From: Candidatus Tayloriibacteriota bacterium
Lineage (GTDB): Bacteria > Patescibacteriota > Minisyncoccia > Phycocordibacterales > UBA6065
Assembly (NCBI GenBank): GCA_016215405.1
Contig: JACRJQ010000006.1
Span: forward strand, 481 to 64,480
DNA length: 64,000 bases
Direction of reading: 5' to 3'
A program made the position numbers and the translations under genes. This document shows, piece by piece, positions 28,193 through 38,210 of this stretch. Below the pieces are notes generated by a model. That model worked only from the letters and a program-made list of their open reading frames with translations, made no database searches and was not told where the DNA came from. Within the stretch, counting starts at the first letter, position 1; every line of letters begins with the position of its first letter.

Positions 28193-29659
28193 TTAATCTT
28201 TCTTAGGCCTCATAGTCGGGAAGAATATGACCTCCTTTATGTTCTTGGTGTCGGTAAGGAGCATCACGAGCCGATCTATGCCGATGCCCACCCCGCCCGC
28301 GGGCGGCATGCCGTATTCGAGAGCCTCGATGAACTCTTCGTCGTTAGGCTGCGCCTCCTGGTCGCCCGCCTTCGCGTTCTCCTCTTCTTTCTTGAACCTC
28401 TCCCTCTGATCGATCGGATCGTTGAGCTCCGAGAACGCCTTCACGAGCTCCATCCCGCCTATGACGAGCTGGAACGCGTCGACGACGGAAGGGTCTTTTT
28501 CGGACCTTTTCGCGAGCGGGAGCATCCCTACCGGATAGTCCGTGATGAACGTAGGCGCTAGAAGAGACGGCCTCGATACCTTTTTATATATATTGTCTAT
28601 GATCCTCTCACGCGAATCGGCGGGGTCTACCTTTATGCCGAGCTTCGCCGCCTTAGCATCGACCTCCTCTTTAGGGGACGAGACTGGGTCTATGCCGGCG
28701 TCCCTCTTCACGAGATCCCTATAGGTGATGCGGGCAAAGGGCTCGGCCAGACTTATCGAAGAATCGCCCGATGGGACGAGAGGCGCGCCTAAGACGGCGG
28801 CGACAAGCTCCTTTATCATAGCCTCGACGAAATCCATCTGGCGGGCGGCGGTCGAGAAAGCCTCGTAGAACTCGAGCATCGTGAATTCGGGATTATGGGT
28901 CACGTCGATCCCTTCGTTCCTAAAGTTCCTGCCGATCTCATAGACCTTCGGAAAGCCTCCGATGAGGAGCTTCTTGAGGTAGAGCTCTGGCGCGATGCGC
29001 AGATAGAGGTCTATATCGAGGGCGTTGTGATGCGTGAGGAATGGTGCCGCGTTCGTGCCGCCGGCGAGCGGCTGCAGCTGCGGAGTCTCGACCTCGAGGT
29101 AGCCCGCGCGGTCGAGTATGGACCTGAGGACCGTCACTGTCTTTGAGCGGATATAGAACCTCGTCCTCACCTCGTCCGACATGACCGTATCGAGATAGCG
29201 CTTCCTGAACCTCTCCTCGACGTCTTGCAGGCCGTTCCATTTCTCGGGCAGTGGGCGCAAAGACTTCGAGAGCATCCTCCAGCTCTTCGCGAGGATGCTC
29301 CTCTCCCCCTTCTGGGTGACGAAGAGCTCGCCTGTGACGCCTATCGTGTCTCCGATATCCGCCGCGGCAGAGAAGAGCTTGAAGAGCTCGGCGTCTATGG
29401 AGTCTTTCTTGAGGACCGCCTGGAAGGTCGCCGTGCCGTCGAAAAGAGGAACGAAGAGTATCGCGCCTTGGCCGCGTATGGCCATAACCCTGCCCGCGAC
29501 CGACACGTCGCCCTTGCCCGAAAGCTCGTCGAAGCGCGCCTTAAGCTCTGAGAGCTCGAGGTCGCGAGGGGTTTCTATGGGGTACGGATTCATTCCCGCC
29601 TTTTGGAGGATGGCGAGCTTGGCGAGCCTTCCCTGCCTTATCTCTTCGAGTGATGCCAT
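28193..29659 (-). CDS. lysS: Lysine--tRNA ligase (class II)
   Basis: YLRIAPELYLK, FRNEGID.THNPEFT, YGMPPAGG.GIGIDRL. Confidence 0.97.
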   Translation of the reverse strand: MASLEEIRQGRLAKLAILQKAGMNPYPIETPRDLELSELKARFDELSGKGDVSVAGRVMAIRGQGAILFVPLFDGTATFQAVLKKDSIDAELFKLFSAAADIGDTIGVTGELFVTQKGERSILAKSWRMLSKSLRPLPEKWNGLQDVEERFRKRYLDTVMSDEVRTRFYIRSKTVTVLRSILDRAGYLEVETPQLQPLAGGTNAAPFLTHHNALDIDLYLRIAPELYLKKLLIGGFPKVYEIGRNFRNEGIDVTHNPEFTMLEFYEAFSTAARQMDFVEAMIKELVAAVLGAPLVPSGDSSISLAEPFARITYRDLVKRDAGIDPVSSPKEEVDAKAAKLGIKVDPADSRERIIDNIYKKVSRPSLLAPTFITDYPVGMLPLAKRSEKDPSVVDAFQLVIGGMELVKAFSELNDPIDQRERFKKEEENAKAGDQEAQPNDEEFIEALEYGMPPAGGVGIGIDRLVMLLTDTKNIKEVIFFPTMRPKKD

Positions 29660-29747
29660 TGGATTAGAGTAACGATAACATGCTAAGGATACAAGAAAAA
29701 ACCGGCGAAGGCCACCGGTTTTCCCTTATCGGCGCGAGAGCGCTTTG

Positions 29748-30215
29748 CTATTCGACGGATACGATCTTGTACTTCGTATCGCCCTTCGGAGTCTTTACAG
29801 ACACTGAATCGCCCTTCCTTTTTCCCATGAGGACCGATCCTAGAGGAGACGCGTTCGAGATCTTGCCCTCGAGGGTGTTGACCTCGTCGGAGCCTACGAT
29901 CTTGAACTTCTGGACGCCCTTCGCGCCCGCCTTCTCGACGGAGACGGTAGAGCCCATGGTGACGACGTCGCCGTGAGCCTCGCGGACGATCTCGGCGGTC
30001 TTGAGGGTGTTCTCGATGGAAGCGATGCGGTCCTCTATGGTCGCCTGGAGCTCACGCGCTTCTTGGTACTCGGCGTTCTCGGAAAGGTCGCCGAGAGAGC
30101 GGGCATACTCGAGGTTCTGTGCGACCTCCTTTCGGCGCACGGTTTTGAGGACGGTAAGCTCCTTTTCGAGCTCGTCATACTTCTCTTTCGTGAGGTATTT
30201 TGTCGTATCCGGCAT
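29748..30215 (-). CDS. greA: Transcription elongation factor GreA
   Basis: GDLSENAEY, ISNASPLG. Confidence 0.96.
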   Translation of the reverse strand: MPDTTKYLTKEKYDELEKELTVLKTVRRKEVAQNLEYARSLGDLSENAEYQEARELQATIEDRIASIENTLKTAEIVREAHGDVVTMGSTVSVEKAGAKGVQKFKIVGSDEVNTLEGKISNASPLGSVLMGKRKGDSVSVKTPKGDTKYKIVSVE

Positions 30216-30321
30216 GGAAACTGGGGTTATATTTAATGCGTGGAATCATACCACGAAACCCGAACGATAACAAAGCTCTAAGCGAGGGCGATCCCTCGAT
30301 ACTATCCGGCAGGCCCTCGAG

Positions 30322-32016
30322 CTATTTAAGATATTCCGAACCCGTGGCGTTCATCCAATCGAGGAGCTCCCTCATGACGAACGTGGCTCCGTAGACGTTG
30401 GCGCGAGGGCCATGCTCCATCATCACGATAAAGGCGTATTTCGGAGACCTGTAAGGAAAGAACCCGGTCACCCAAGAGTTAACGAACGCCTTCGATACGC
30501 CGAGCTCTGCGGTACCGGTCTTGGCGGCCACGTCTACATAAGGCACGTTGAGCCCGGAGGCCGTTCCCGACTGGGCAGCGAGCCTCATCCCCTCCCTCGC
30601 TATTTCGAGATGGCCGGGATCGATCCGGACATCCTTTCCCGCCGCTGGAGTCGAGGTCGACGACTTGAGGATCGAAGGCTCGATGTATAACCCCCCGTTC
30701 GCTATCGCGGCGACGGCGCGGAGCATCTGAAGCGGCGTGACCTGGAAGCCGTATTGGCCGATAGAGGTGAAATACGTGTCGCCGATCCTCCACGGATCTC
30801 CAGGGAACACCTTCTCCTTCCATTCAGGGGTCGGCACGGTCCCGCCCGGACCGGAGAAGAATCCGGTCTCGCTCTTGCTTCCGAGGCCGAATCTCTGGAA
30901 ATACGCGGCGAGCTTGCCTATGCCGAGGCCTTTCTGATCTTCGAATCCCCCGCCGACCTCGTAGAAGTAGACGTTCGAGGAGACGGCGATCGCCTTCCTC
31001 ATGTCGACGAGGCCGTGCGCCTTCCAGTCGCTGAAGGTGGTCTTTCGCGTCTTGTCGTATGGGTTCTGGATCGATATGGATCCGGTCGAGAGTATCTGCT
31101 TCTCTGGATCGATGATCCCCTCTTCGAGGGCGGCGATCGCGACCAAGGGCTTTACGATCGATCCGGGGGTATAAAGGCCGCCGGTCACGCGGTTGAGGAA
31201 CGGCTTGCGGGAGCTCTTGAGATAATCCGCGATGATATCTGAATCGCCGCCGTCGGTCATGACCGAGCTCTTGTATTCAGGATAGCTCGTAAGAGCGATC
31301 GTCTCCCCTGTCTCGATATCCATGATCATCCCTCCGCCTCCGCTGAAACCCACCCTCTCCGCGAGGCCTGCTATAGATTCGTAGAGCTTCTTCTGGACGG
31401 ACGCGTCTATCGAGAGCGAGAGGTTCTCTCCGTCCTTTGCCGGACGGATAACGGACTCCGATTCGACCTCTCCTAGGGCGTTCTTCTGCAAGATCTTGAG
31501 CCCGTGGCTCCCCTGAAGCAGGCTATCCCAATGCTTCTCGACGCCCGCGACGCCTTCGTAATCTGTCCTGTAGTAGAAGCCCTTCGAATCCTTCGCCGGG
31601 TATCTGATATAGCCGAGGACATGCCCGAAGCCAGGATCTTTCGTGTATACGCGCCTGGCGAAATCCGGGTCTTTCTCGTTTATGGCGTTCCAAGCGAGCT
31701 TTACGCCGTTGCGATCGAAGACCGCTCCGCGCTCTGCGAATATGACGGTCTCTCTGAGGATATTGTTCTCGCTTATCGCGGCGTATTCTGCGCCGTCCTT
31801 CGCCTGCAGGGACCACGCCTTGCCGAGGAGGACGAGGAGCACGAGCGCGAACGCGGAGCCCATGATCACGATCGAGGTCATGGAGATCGGCTTTTCCATG
31901 CGGCCCTCGAACTGATGCACGTCGAAATCTGGGAGATTCTTCGAATCGAGGAATATCTCGTCAGGGTCGATCTCATGCCTTATGCAAGACTTCGTGCGTC
32001 GAAAAAGATGGTTCAC
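30322..32016 (-). CDS. mrdA: Penicillin-binding protein 2 (MrdA type)
   Basis: YTPGSIVK, SSNVYFY, IGQYGF.VTPLQM, KTGTAE; downstream of mreBC. Confidence 0.88.
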   Translation of the reverse strand: MNHLFRRTKSCIRHEIDPDEIFLDSKNLPDFDVHQFEGRMEKPISMTSIVIMGSAFALVLLVLLGKAWSLQAKDGAEYAAISENNILRETVIFAERGAVFDRNGVKLAWNAINEKDPDFARRVYTKDPGFGHVLGYIRYPAKDSKGFYYRTDYEGVAGVEKHWDSLLQGSHGLKILQKNALGEVESESVIRPAKDGENLSLSIDASVQKKLYESIAGLAERVGFSGGGGMIMDIETGETIALTSYPEYKSSVMTDGGDSDIIADYLKSSRKPFLNRVTGGLYTPGSIVKPLVAIAALEEGIIDPEKQILSTGSISIQNPYDKTRKTTFSDWKAHGLVDMRKAIAVSSNVYFYEVGGGFEDQKGLGIGKLAAYFQRFGLGSKSETGFFSGPGGTVPTPEWKEKVFPGDPWRIGDTYFTSIGQYGFQVTPLQMLRAVAAIANGGLYIEPSILKSSTSTPAAGKDVRIDPGHLEIAREGMRLAAQSGTASGLNVPYVDVAAKTGTAELGVSKAFVNSWVTGFFPYRSPKYAFIVMMEHGPRANVYGATFVMRELLDWMNATGSEYLK

Positions 32017-32129
32017 GGGACTATTCTACCATCTTTACGGTCCTGAAAAGCCATTACGCAAGGCCGTTTGGAACGCCTCAACCGATCGAGGCGTTTCCTC
32101 CCCGGCTGCGGGCCGGTTATAGTGAAGCG

Positions 32130-32924
32130 ATGCAACGGATAAAGAGCTTCGCGAGCGAGCTCGCTGTATTCGGGATAAAGGAGGCCAGGTCGGCGATATT
32201 CGCCGGATCCTTTTTCGCGCTCCTCTTCCTGTCGAACCATATCCCTCTCGGAGGGCTTCCCCGCTACGACTTCCTCTTCATCGCCGCGATAGCGATACAG
32301 GTCGTCCTCTATCTCGCGAAGCTCGAGACGAAGGACGAGATAAAGACGATATTCCTTTTCCATGTGATCGGCCTCGTCCTCGAGCTCTACAAGACCCACC
32401 CATCCATAGGGTCGTGGAGCTACCCCGAAGACGCGTTCCTAAAGATCGGCACGGTGCCTCTCTATAGCGGATTCATGTACGCCGCGATCGGAAGCTATAT
32501 CGCTCAGGCATGGAAGATATTCAGGCTCGAGCTCGTGAGCCCTCCGAGCTACGCGTGGAGCGTCGTCCTGTGCGCGACCATCTACGCGAATTTCTTTACG
32601 AACCATTTTCTCCCCGACGCGAGGCTCCTCCTCATCCCCGCCGTATTCATATTCTTCGGAAAGACCGACGTCAGATTCACGGCCAAAGACAAGGAGCGGT
32701 CTATGCCCCTCTCGCTCTCCTTCATCCTCATCGCCTTCTTCATCTGGATAGCGGAGAACGTCTCTACCTTCTACGGGGCGTGGCAGTATCCCGACCAGAT
32801 CCACGCCTGGAGCGCGGTATCGGCCCAAAAGATCACCTCGTGGTTCCTCATGGTCATAATCTCCTTCATCATCGTCGCGTATCTAAAGCACTTTAAGGCC
32901 GCGCATAAGCGCCCCGAGGCCTGA
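32130..32924 (+). CDS. DUF817 (YoaT-like) membrane protein
   Basis: FGIKEARS.IF, RYDFL, FHVIG..LELYKT, VPLYSGFMYAAIGSY, FFIWIAEN. Confidence 0.88.
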   Translation: MQRIKSFASELAVFGIKEARSAIFAGSFFALLFLSNHIPLGGLPRYDFLFIAAIAIQVVLYLAKLETKDEIKTIFLFHVIGLVLELYKTHPSIGSWSYPEDAFLKIGTVPLYSGFMYAAIGSYIAQAWKIFRLELVSPPSYAWSVVLCATIYANFFTNHFLPDARLLLIPAVFIFFGKTDVRFTAKDKERSMPLSLSFILIAFFIWIAENVSTFYGAWQYPDQIHAWSAVSAQKITSWFLMVIISFIIVAYLKHFKAAHKRPEA

Positions 32925-33000
32925 ACCTTTTGCCTCGCCTCAGCCCCGCCCATCCGCCCCTTCCTCGATAACTAAAAATAGTTTCATGTATGATACTATT

Positions 33001-33528
33001 TTAGTCGAATTTCCTATCCAGCTTACCTTTAGCAAGCCGCAGGATCGTGAGGGTTATATCAAGCAAGTACTTGACCGTAATGGGGTAACCTCCCGCCATC
33101 CGACCGTCATACACAGGCAAGGAATGATACTTTTCAATCTCGAACAATTGGACCACCTCGTCCTCTGTATGCGCACCTTTCTTATCCGCAACAATATGGA
33201 TTAACTGCCGACGAGTGTAAGTTTCGCCACCAACATGACAGCGAAATTCATCTAAGTATTCATCTAAGGTCGCTGTTCTATAACTTGGCGGCATCACAGG
33301 CAGGGCTCTTACTTGAAAGTCCAGATTGATTCCGCACTCCTTGCTTAGTCTTTCCAAGAGTCCATTCCCTCTTCCCTTACAAAGCAATTTTCGGAGTTCA
33401 ACAGAAAGGGGCTTTATATACGATGCGTCGCCAGCCTGTATAAGCCCAAGGTAATGATCAAGATGAGCCAGAGATTCCCGAACTTCCTTTTTTATATCTT
33501 CGCTGGATATCCTCATAAGGGTTACCAC
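33001..33528 (-). CDS. AT-rich hypothetical protein
   Basis: 175-aa ORF visibly more AT-rich than its flanks; LSVELRKLL and TRRQLIHIVADKKGAH segments. Confidence 0.7.
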   Translation of the reverse strand: MVTLMRISSEDIKKEVRESLAHLDHYLGLIQAGDASYIKPLSVELRKLLCKGRGNGLLERLSKECGINLDFQVRALPVMPPSYRTATLDEYLDEFRCHVGGETYTRRQLIHIVADKKGAHTEDEVVQLFEIEKYHSLPVYDGRMAGGYPITVKYLLDITLTILRLAKGKLDRKFD

Positions 33529-33770
33529 ACCACCCTCTTTCTTATGGCATTCGCAACGATGAATATAGCGACAGCGTAGAGCGTTGCTGCATACGAGAAG
33601 CCATGGAATCCGAGAGCAGTGCCATAGACGGCGTCCATGACGATGCCGTACGCGAGCGCTTCATAGAACTTGCCTACGACGGAGACCGCGGCAAGGACGA
33701 TAAGGGCCGTGAGCCACCACGGGAAAAAAAGCATGGAGGCTATGATCGCGATATTGAAAGCTATCCTCAT
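33522..33770 (-). CDS. Small membrane protein, MreD-like by position
   Basis: Hydrophobic 82 aa with G...D...G; immediately after mreC. Confidence 0.6.
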   Translation of the reverse strand: MRIAFNIAIIASMLFFPWWLTALIVLAAVSVVGKFYEALAYGIVMDAVYGTALGFHGFSYAATLYAVAIFIVANAIRKRVVW

Positions 33771-33774
33771 GTGG

Positions 33775-34581
33775 TTAATCTACCCTCGTATCTATATCGA
33801 CCTCGACGAACCGGATCTCGTTTATATTCGCAGGCGCCTTGAAGAGCATCGTCTGCAGCGAGTCCGACGAATCGACCATTATCTTCTCGACCACGCCGAA
33901 CGTATGCGGCCTGATCTGGGGCAAGATGATCGGATCCCCTTCTTCGACGCCTATCTCGACCGGAAGCCGCGCGCTGAAATTGCCCGCTCCGCGCCCTACC
34001 GCCTGGATCTGGACTCCCGATTTTCCGAGAAGGATCGGGATGATGCGGCCCGGCGCCGAAAAGAGGTCGACCTTCGACTGATGGGCATACGCCTCCGCGA
34101 CGTCTCCGATGAGGATATCGCCTTCGGCATACACCTTGTCGCCGGCCTCTACGCCGTCGACGGACCCGATATCGATGATAAGGGTGTCGTAAGGAGACAT
34201 CGGAGGGCGCGAGAGTATCACCCCCAAGACGTCGTGACCCTCGCCCGTCCTTCCTAAGAGCGCCTTGAGGCTCTCGTTCTCGGTCCTCAGGTCGTTAAGC
34301 AAGAGGGCCGAGGCTTCGCGGGAGGCGATCTCGCGGCGCAGTCCGTCGTTCTCCTTTACGAGCGAATATTTCGAAGACGCCACCCTGGCCATATTCCCTA
34401 TCCAGCCCGTAAACCCAGATTCAGATTTCGCGAAGAGGCTCGTTATAGGCAAAAAGACGCTCGGATAGAAGCGCGGGAAGAAGTAATGGACGAGGAAAAG
34501 AACGACGAACAGGGCGACGATCCCTAGGGTCGCGAGACGGCTCTTCTTCTCGCTTACGTTACTGCGCCTTAGGTAGGTCAT
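33775..34581 (-). CDS. mreC: Rod shape-determining protein MreC
   Basis: TM plus coiled coil (ENESLKALL), LIIDIGS.DGV. Confidence 0.9.
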   Translation of the reverse strand: MTYLRRSNVSEKKSRLATLGIVALFVVLFLVHYFFPRFYPSVFLPITSLFAKSESGFTGWIGNMARVASSKYSLVKENDGLRREIASREASALLLNDLRTENESLKALLGRTGEGHDVLGVILSRPPMSPYDTLIIDIGSVDGVEAGDKVYAEGDILIGDVAEAYAHQSKVDLFSAPGRIIPILLGKSGVQIQAVGRGAGNFSARLPVEIGVEEGDPIILPQIRPHTFGVVEKIMVDSSDSLQTMLFKAPANINEIRFVEVDIDTRVD

Positions 34582-35626
34582 CTTCGTTTTGTATGAGGAC
34601 GTCCTGGAATTTCTCGAGGTCTTCGAGGATGATGCCCGTTCCGCGCGCGACCGCCGTGAGAGGGTCGTCGGCGATATGGACAGGTATCTTCACGAAATCC
34701 TCGATGAGCTTGTCGAGCCCGCGGATGAGAGCGCCGCCGCCCACGAGATATATGCCGCGATGCATCACGTCCGCGAGGATCTCCGGAGGAGTAGTCTCGA
34801 GGACCTCCTTTACGGAATCGACGAGATTGTCTATCGATTGGGAGACGGCCTCGCGGATATCAGCATCGGTTATGACGACCTCTCGCGGAAGGCCGGTGAC
34901 GAGGTCTCGCCCGCGAATCGCCGCCTCGTGAGGCATGTTGTCTGGAACTACGACGCCTATGGCGATCTTCACGTCTTCGGCGGTCTTCTCGCCTATGAGT
35001 ATCTTGAACTCGTTCCTTATGTAGGAGATTATGTCGTTATTGAGCTTGTCGCCGGCGATCTTGAGAGACTTCGAGCGCACCACTCCGCCGAGCGAGATGA
35101 CCGCGATGTCCGACGTGCCTCCGCCGATGTCGATCACCATGTTCCCCGCAGGCTCGTGGATCGGGAGCTTTATCCCTATCGCCGCGGCCATAGGCTGCTC
35201 GACGATATGGACCTCCCGCGCGCCCGCGTTCTTTGTAGCGTCGCGCACGGCGCGCGCTTCTACGTTCGTGACGCCGGACGGGATGCCGACGATGACGCGA
35301 GGGCCGAAAAACTTCTTCTTCGTCTCTTTCTGGGACTTGTTCATGAGATAGACCATCATCTCCTCCGCGACCTCGAAGTCTGAGATGACGCCGTCGACGA
35401 GAGGCCTCACGGCAGAGATGTGGGCAGGAGTCCTGCCGAGCATGTCCTTCGCCTGGCCGCCCACGGCCACGACGCGGCCGGTCTTTTGGTTGACGGCCAC
35501 CACCGACGGCTCGTTGATGACGATTCCCTGCCCCTTTACGTATACAAGCGTGTTAGCCGTCCCGAGATCGATGCCGATATCGTGGGAGAAAGCCGTATAG
35601 AGCCTGTCTAGAAATCCTTTTGCCAT
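34559..35626 (-). CDS. mreB: Rod shape-determining protein MreB
   Basis: GIDLGTANT, EPSVVA, DIGGGTSD, GGGAL. Confidence 0.96.
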   Translation of the reverse strand: MAKGFLDRLYTAFSHDIGIDLGTANTLVYVKGQGIVINEPSVVAVNQKTGRVVAVGGQAKDMLGRTPAHISAVRPLVDGVISDFEVAEEMMVYLMNKSQKETKKKFFGPRVIVGIPSGVTNVEARAVRDATKNAGAREVHIVEQPMAAAIGIKLPIHEPAGNMVIDIGGGTSDIAVISLGGVVRSKSLKIAGDKLNNDIISYIRNEFKILIGEKTAEDVKIAIGVVVPDNMPHEAAIRGRDLVTGLPREVVITDADIREAVSQSIDNLVDSVKEVLETTPPEILADVMHRGIYLVGGGALIRGLDKLIEDFVKIPVHIADDPLTAVARGTGIILEDLEKFQDVLIQNEDDLPKAQ

Positions 35627-35630
35627 ATGG

Positions 35631-36887
35631 TTATCTCATCAATCTATTCTTCAATTCTTCTTTTGTCACCATAGACACGGCGCCCGTTTTGCGCTCCTTT
35701 AATTCGAGCGCGCCTCCCATAGCTAGGGTCTTGTCGGATATGACCGCGCGCAGAGGGATGCCGATGAGATCGGAATCGGCGAACTTCTCTCCGGGGCGAA
35801 GGTCGCGATCGTCGAAGAGGACCTCGACCCCGAGCTTCGAGAGCTCGCTGTAAAGGTCGACAGCCGCCTTCTCCGCATCGCTTCCCGGCTTGCCGAGAGA
35901 GACGAGGTGAAGCCTGAAAGGCGCGACCTCCTCGGGCCAGACTATGCCGTTCGCGTCGGAGAGGGTCTCGACGATGGTTCCCATGACGCGGCCGGGGCCG
36001 ATGCCGTAGGAGCCCATGATGACGGGCTTCTTGGTCCCGTCTTCGGAGACGAAGCAGAGCTCGTAGGCGTCCGAGAACTTCGTGCCGAGGCTGAATATGT
36101 TACCGACCTCGACGGCCTTCTTCTCTACGAGGTCCTCGCGCTTTACCCCGAGGTCTTTGAGCACCTCGTCGGTAAGCACCTCCTTGTTCACGGCGATCTT
36201 CTTTCCCTCGTGCACGTAGACGAGGTCTTCGCCCGCGTCGGTAACGGTCTGGAATTCGTGAGAGTATTTCGAGAAGCTGCCGCCCGAAGCGAACGTCACG
36301 TAGGTCCTCTCTCCGAGGCCGAGCCTCTGGAATATCTTCACATACGCCTGTTTCGCCTTTTCGTAGAACACGTCGTGCTCCTTTTGGTCCTTCGAGAACG
36401 AATAGAGATCCTTCATGATGAATTCGCGGCTACGCATGATGCCGGACTTCGCCCTCTCTTCGTTCCGGAACTTGGTCTGGAACTGATACGCGTACCTCGG
36501 CAAGTCGCGATACGAGTGGATGTAATCGCGCATGAGATTCGTGACAGGCTCTTCGTGAGTGATGCCGAGACCGACTTGGCTTCCGTTCTTAAGCTCGCTC
36601 TTAAACCAGATGTCTAGAACGCTTTCCGACCAGCGCCCGGTCTTCTCCCAGACCTTTTTGTCCTGAAGGGCCGTGAGGAATATCTCCTGGCCGCCGATCG
36701 CGTCCATCTCCTCGCGTATGACGCGGATGATGTTGTTCATGACGCGCAGGCCAAGGGGCATATAGGCGTACACGCCGGCCATCTCTTTGTAGATATATCC
36801 TGCGCGGATCAAAAGCTGCGCGTTCTTCGCGACTTCGTCCTTCGGCGCTTCTTTTCGGGTCTTGGTGAAGAGTTGGCTTTGGCGCAT
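35631..36887 (-). CDS. proS: Proline--tRNA ligase (short form)
   Basis: LLIRAG, THEE, QFQTKFRNE.R, REFIMKDLYSF, EVGNIF.LG, MGSYGIG. Confidence 0.95.
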   Translation of the reverse strand: MRQSQLFTKTRKEAPKDEVAKNAQLLIRAGYIYKEMAGVYAYMPLGLRVMNNIIRVIREEMDAIGGQEIFLTALQDKKVWEKTGRWSESVLDIWFKSELKNGSQVGLGITHEEPVTNLMRDYIHSYRDLPRYAYQFQTKFRNEERAKSGIMRSREFIMKDLYSFSKDQKEHDVFYEKAKQAYVKIFQRLGLGERTYVTFASGGSFSKYSHEFQTVTDAGEDLVYVHEGKKIAVNKEVLTDEVLKDLGVKREDLVEKKAVEVGNIFSLGTKFSDAYELCFVSEDGTKKPVIMGSYGIGPGRVMGTIVETLSDANGIVWPEEVAPFRLHLVSLGKPGSDAEKAAVDLYSELSKLGVEVLFDDRDLRPGEKFADSDLIGIPLRAVISDKTLAMGGALELKERKTGAVSMVTKEELKNRLMR

Positions 36888-36953
36888 AGAAATAAAGAGG
36901 TTTGGGCTCTAATGCGCCAATAATAGCCTATATTTAAGCCGTTAGTAAGTACC

Positions 36954-36983
36954 TTGACTTTCGTGCTATTTTCGTGCTATAAT
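36954..36983 (+). promoter_or_regulatory. Putative sigma70 promoter
   Basis: TTGACT-18-TATAAT with extended TG upstream of 37048. Confidence 0.55.
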
Positions 36984-37047
36984 ATAAAAGTAAACGATAG
37001 AGGAGCATCCCGCTTCCCAATCGTCGCACCCCGACAAAGGCACACAC

Positions 37048-37707
37048 GTGTCAAAAAGAGAAAAAATCATCTCGGAGCTCATGTTCTGGCTCCAGATGCT
37101 TGTTATCGTCGCTTTCTTCATTCCCTACCAAGTGAGCAGGATGCTTCACGAGACTGACGGCATGATCATCACGTCGTTTCTTCTCGTAGACATCTACTGC
37201 GCCTTCATGCTAAGCCTCGCGTGGAACGCCTACAAAGCGAACCCGACGAGAATAGCACGGCAGATGGTCGCGACATGGATCCTCGGCGTCGTCCTCTACA
37301 CCCTCTTCACGCTCACCTTCGCGTTCAACGCTTGCAAGCTGTGGAACCCGAACGACAACGTGAACGCCGTCAACGCGGCAATAGGAGTGATGGGGGCCCT
37401 TGCCCTGGTCCGCGCGAAAGCCTTGCCCTGGAGCCACCCGGACGTGCGGATGAACCTCGCGATCTCGTTTAGGGTGATACCTCAGACGATGCTCGCGCTC
37501 AACATCTTCGCTTCCCAAAGCTCAAAAGGCGTAGCCACAGAGTTCGTAATCTCCTTCCATGCGCTCATCGCGCTGCGGATCGCAGGGATACTCTACGCCA
37601 TCAAGGAGCACGGAACGGACCGCAATCGCCGATGCATGCTCATCTCCGAGTCGCTCGGATGGGCGAGCTGGTGCCTTGTGACGGCCGCTTGGCTGGTTCA
37701 CCGTTGA
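37048..37707 (+). CDS. Multi-pass (about 7 TM) membrane protein, PQ-loop/SWEET-like
   Basis: Two PQ-loop-like motifs: FIPYQ...ETDGM and VIPQ...SSKGV. Confidence 0.55.
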   Translation: MSKREKIISELMFWLQMLVIVAFFIPYQVSRMLHETDGMIITSFLLVDIYCAFMLSLAWNAYKANPTRIARQMVATWILGVVLYTLFTLTFAFNACKLWNPNDNVNAVNAAIGVMGALALVRAKALPWSHPDVRMNLAISFRVIPQTMLALNIFASQSSKGVATEFVISFHALIALRIAGILYAIKEHGTDRNRRCMLISESLGWASWCLVTAAWLVHR

Positions 37708-37725
37708 AAACGACAAAGAACTTCG

Positions 37726-37763
37726 AGGGCCGGATGTCGCGCAAGCGACATCCGGCCCTTTTT
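37726..37763 (+). terminator. Intrinsic terminator
   Basis: AGGGCCGGATGTCGC-GCAA-GCGACATCCGGCCCT followed by a T run. Confidence 0.8.
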
Positions 37764-37829
37764 CATTCCTGTTGACGCGATCCGAGATCCAGGGTAAAAA
37801 TCAACCTGAACTCCAACCTCCTTACCGCT

Positions 37830-38159
37830 ATGCCCGATACTCCTGCCTCCCCATCGCCCTCGCTCCTCGATTCCTTGTGGAATCTCGTCAAATTTTTCGT
37901 GTTCCCCATCCTCGCCTTCATCTGGGCGAAACGATGCAAGGAATACGGATCGACGAGAGCTCCGACCTTCGTCGCCATCGGCGTCTTGGGATCGGTCTCC
38001 ATCGCCGCCTTGGCCTATCTCCCCGTGCACGCCCTCCGCTATGAAAGCGACGCGGCGGTCTACGGAGAGATCGCCGCCTTGGCGACGTATCTCTTCCTCC
38101 TCGTCCGATGCGTCCTCAACATCTCGGACGTCATGAGCAAAGAGAAAGCCCGCGCTTGA
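37830..38159 (+). CDS. Small 3-TM membrane protein
   Basis: 109 aa, three hydrophobic segments. Confidence 0.6.
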   Translation: MPDTPASPSPSLLDSLWNLVKFFVFPILAFIWAKRCKEYGSTRAPTFVAIGVLGSVSIAALAYLPVHALRYESDAAVYGEIAALATYLFLLVRCVLNISDVMSKEKARA

Positions 38160-38210
38160 TCGCAGGCTTGCCCTTCCCTTTCCGCCGCGCCTCTCTCGGG
38201 CGCGGCTTTT

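Noticed and set aside
36960-36980. TTCGTGCTAT direct repeat (also near 27581-27590) as a regulator box
   Set aside because: It largely overlaps the extended -10 TGCTATAAT pattern, so support for a separate operator is weak
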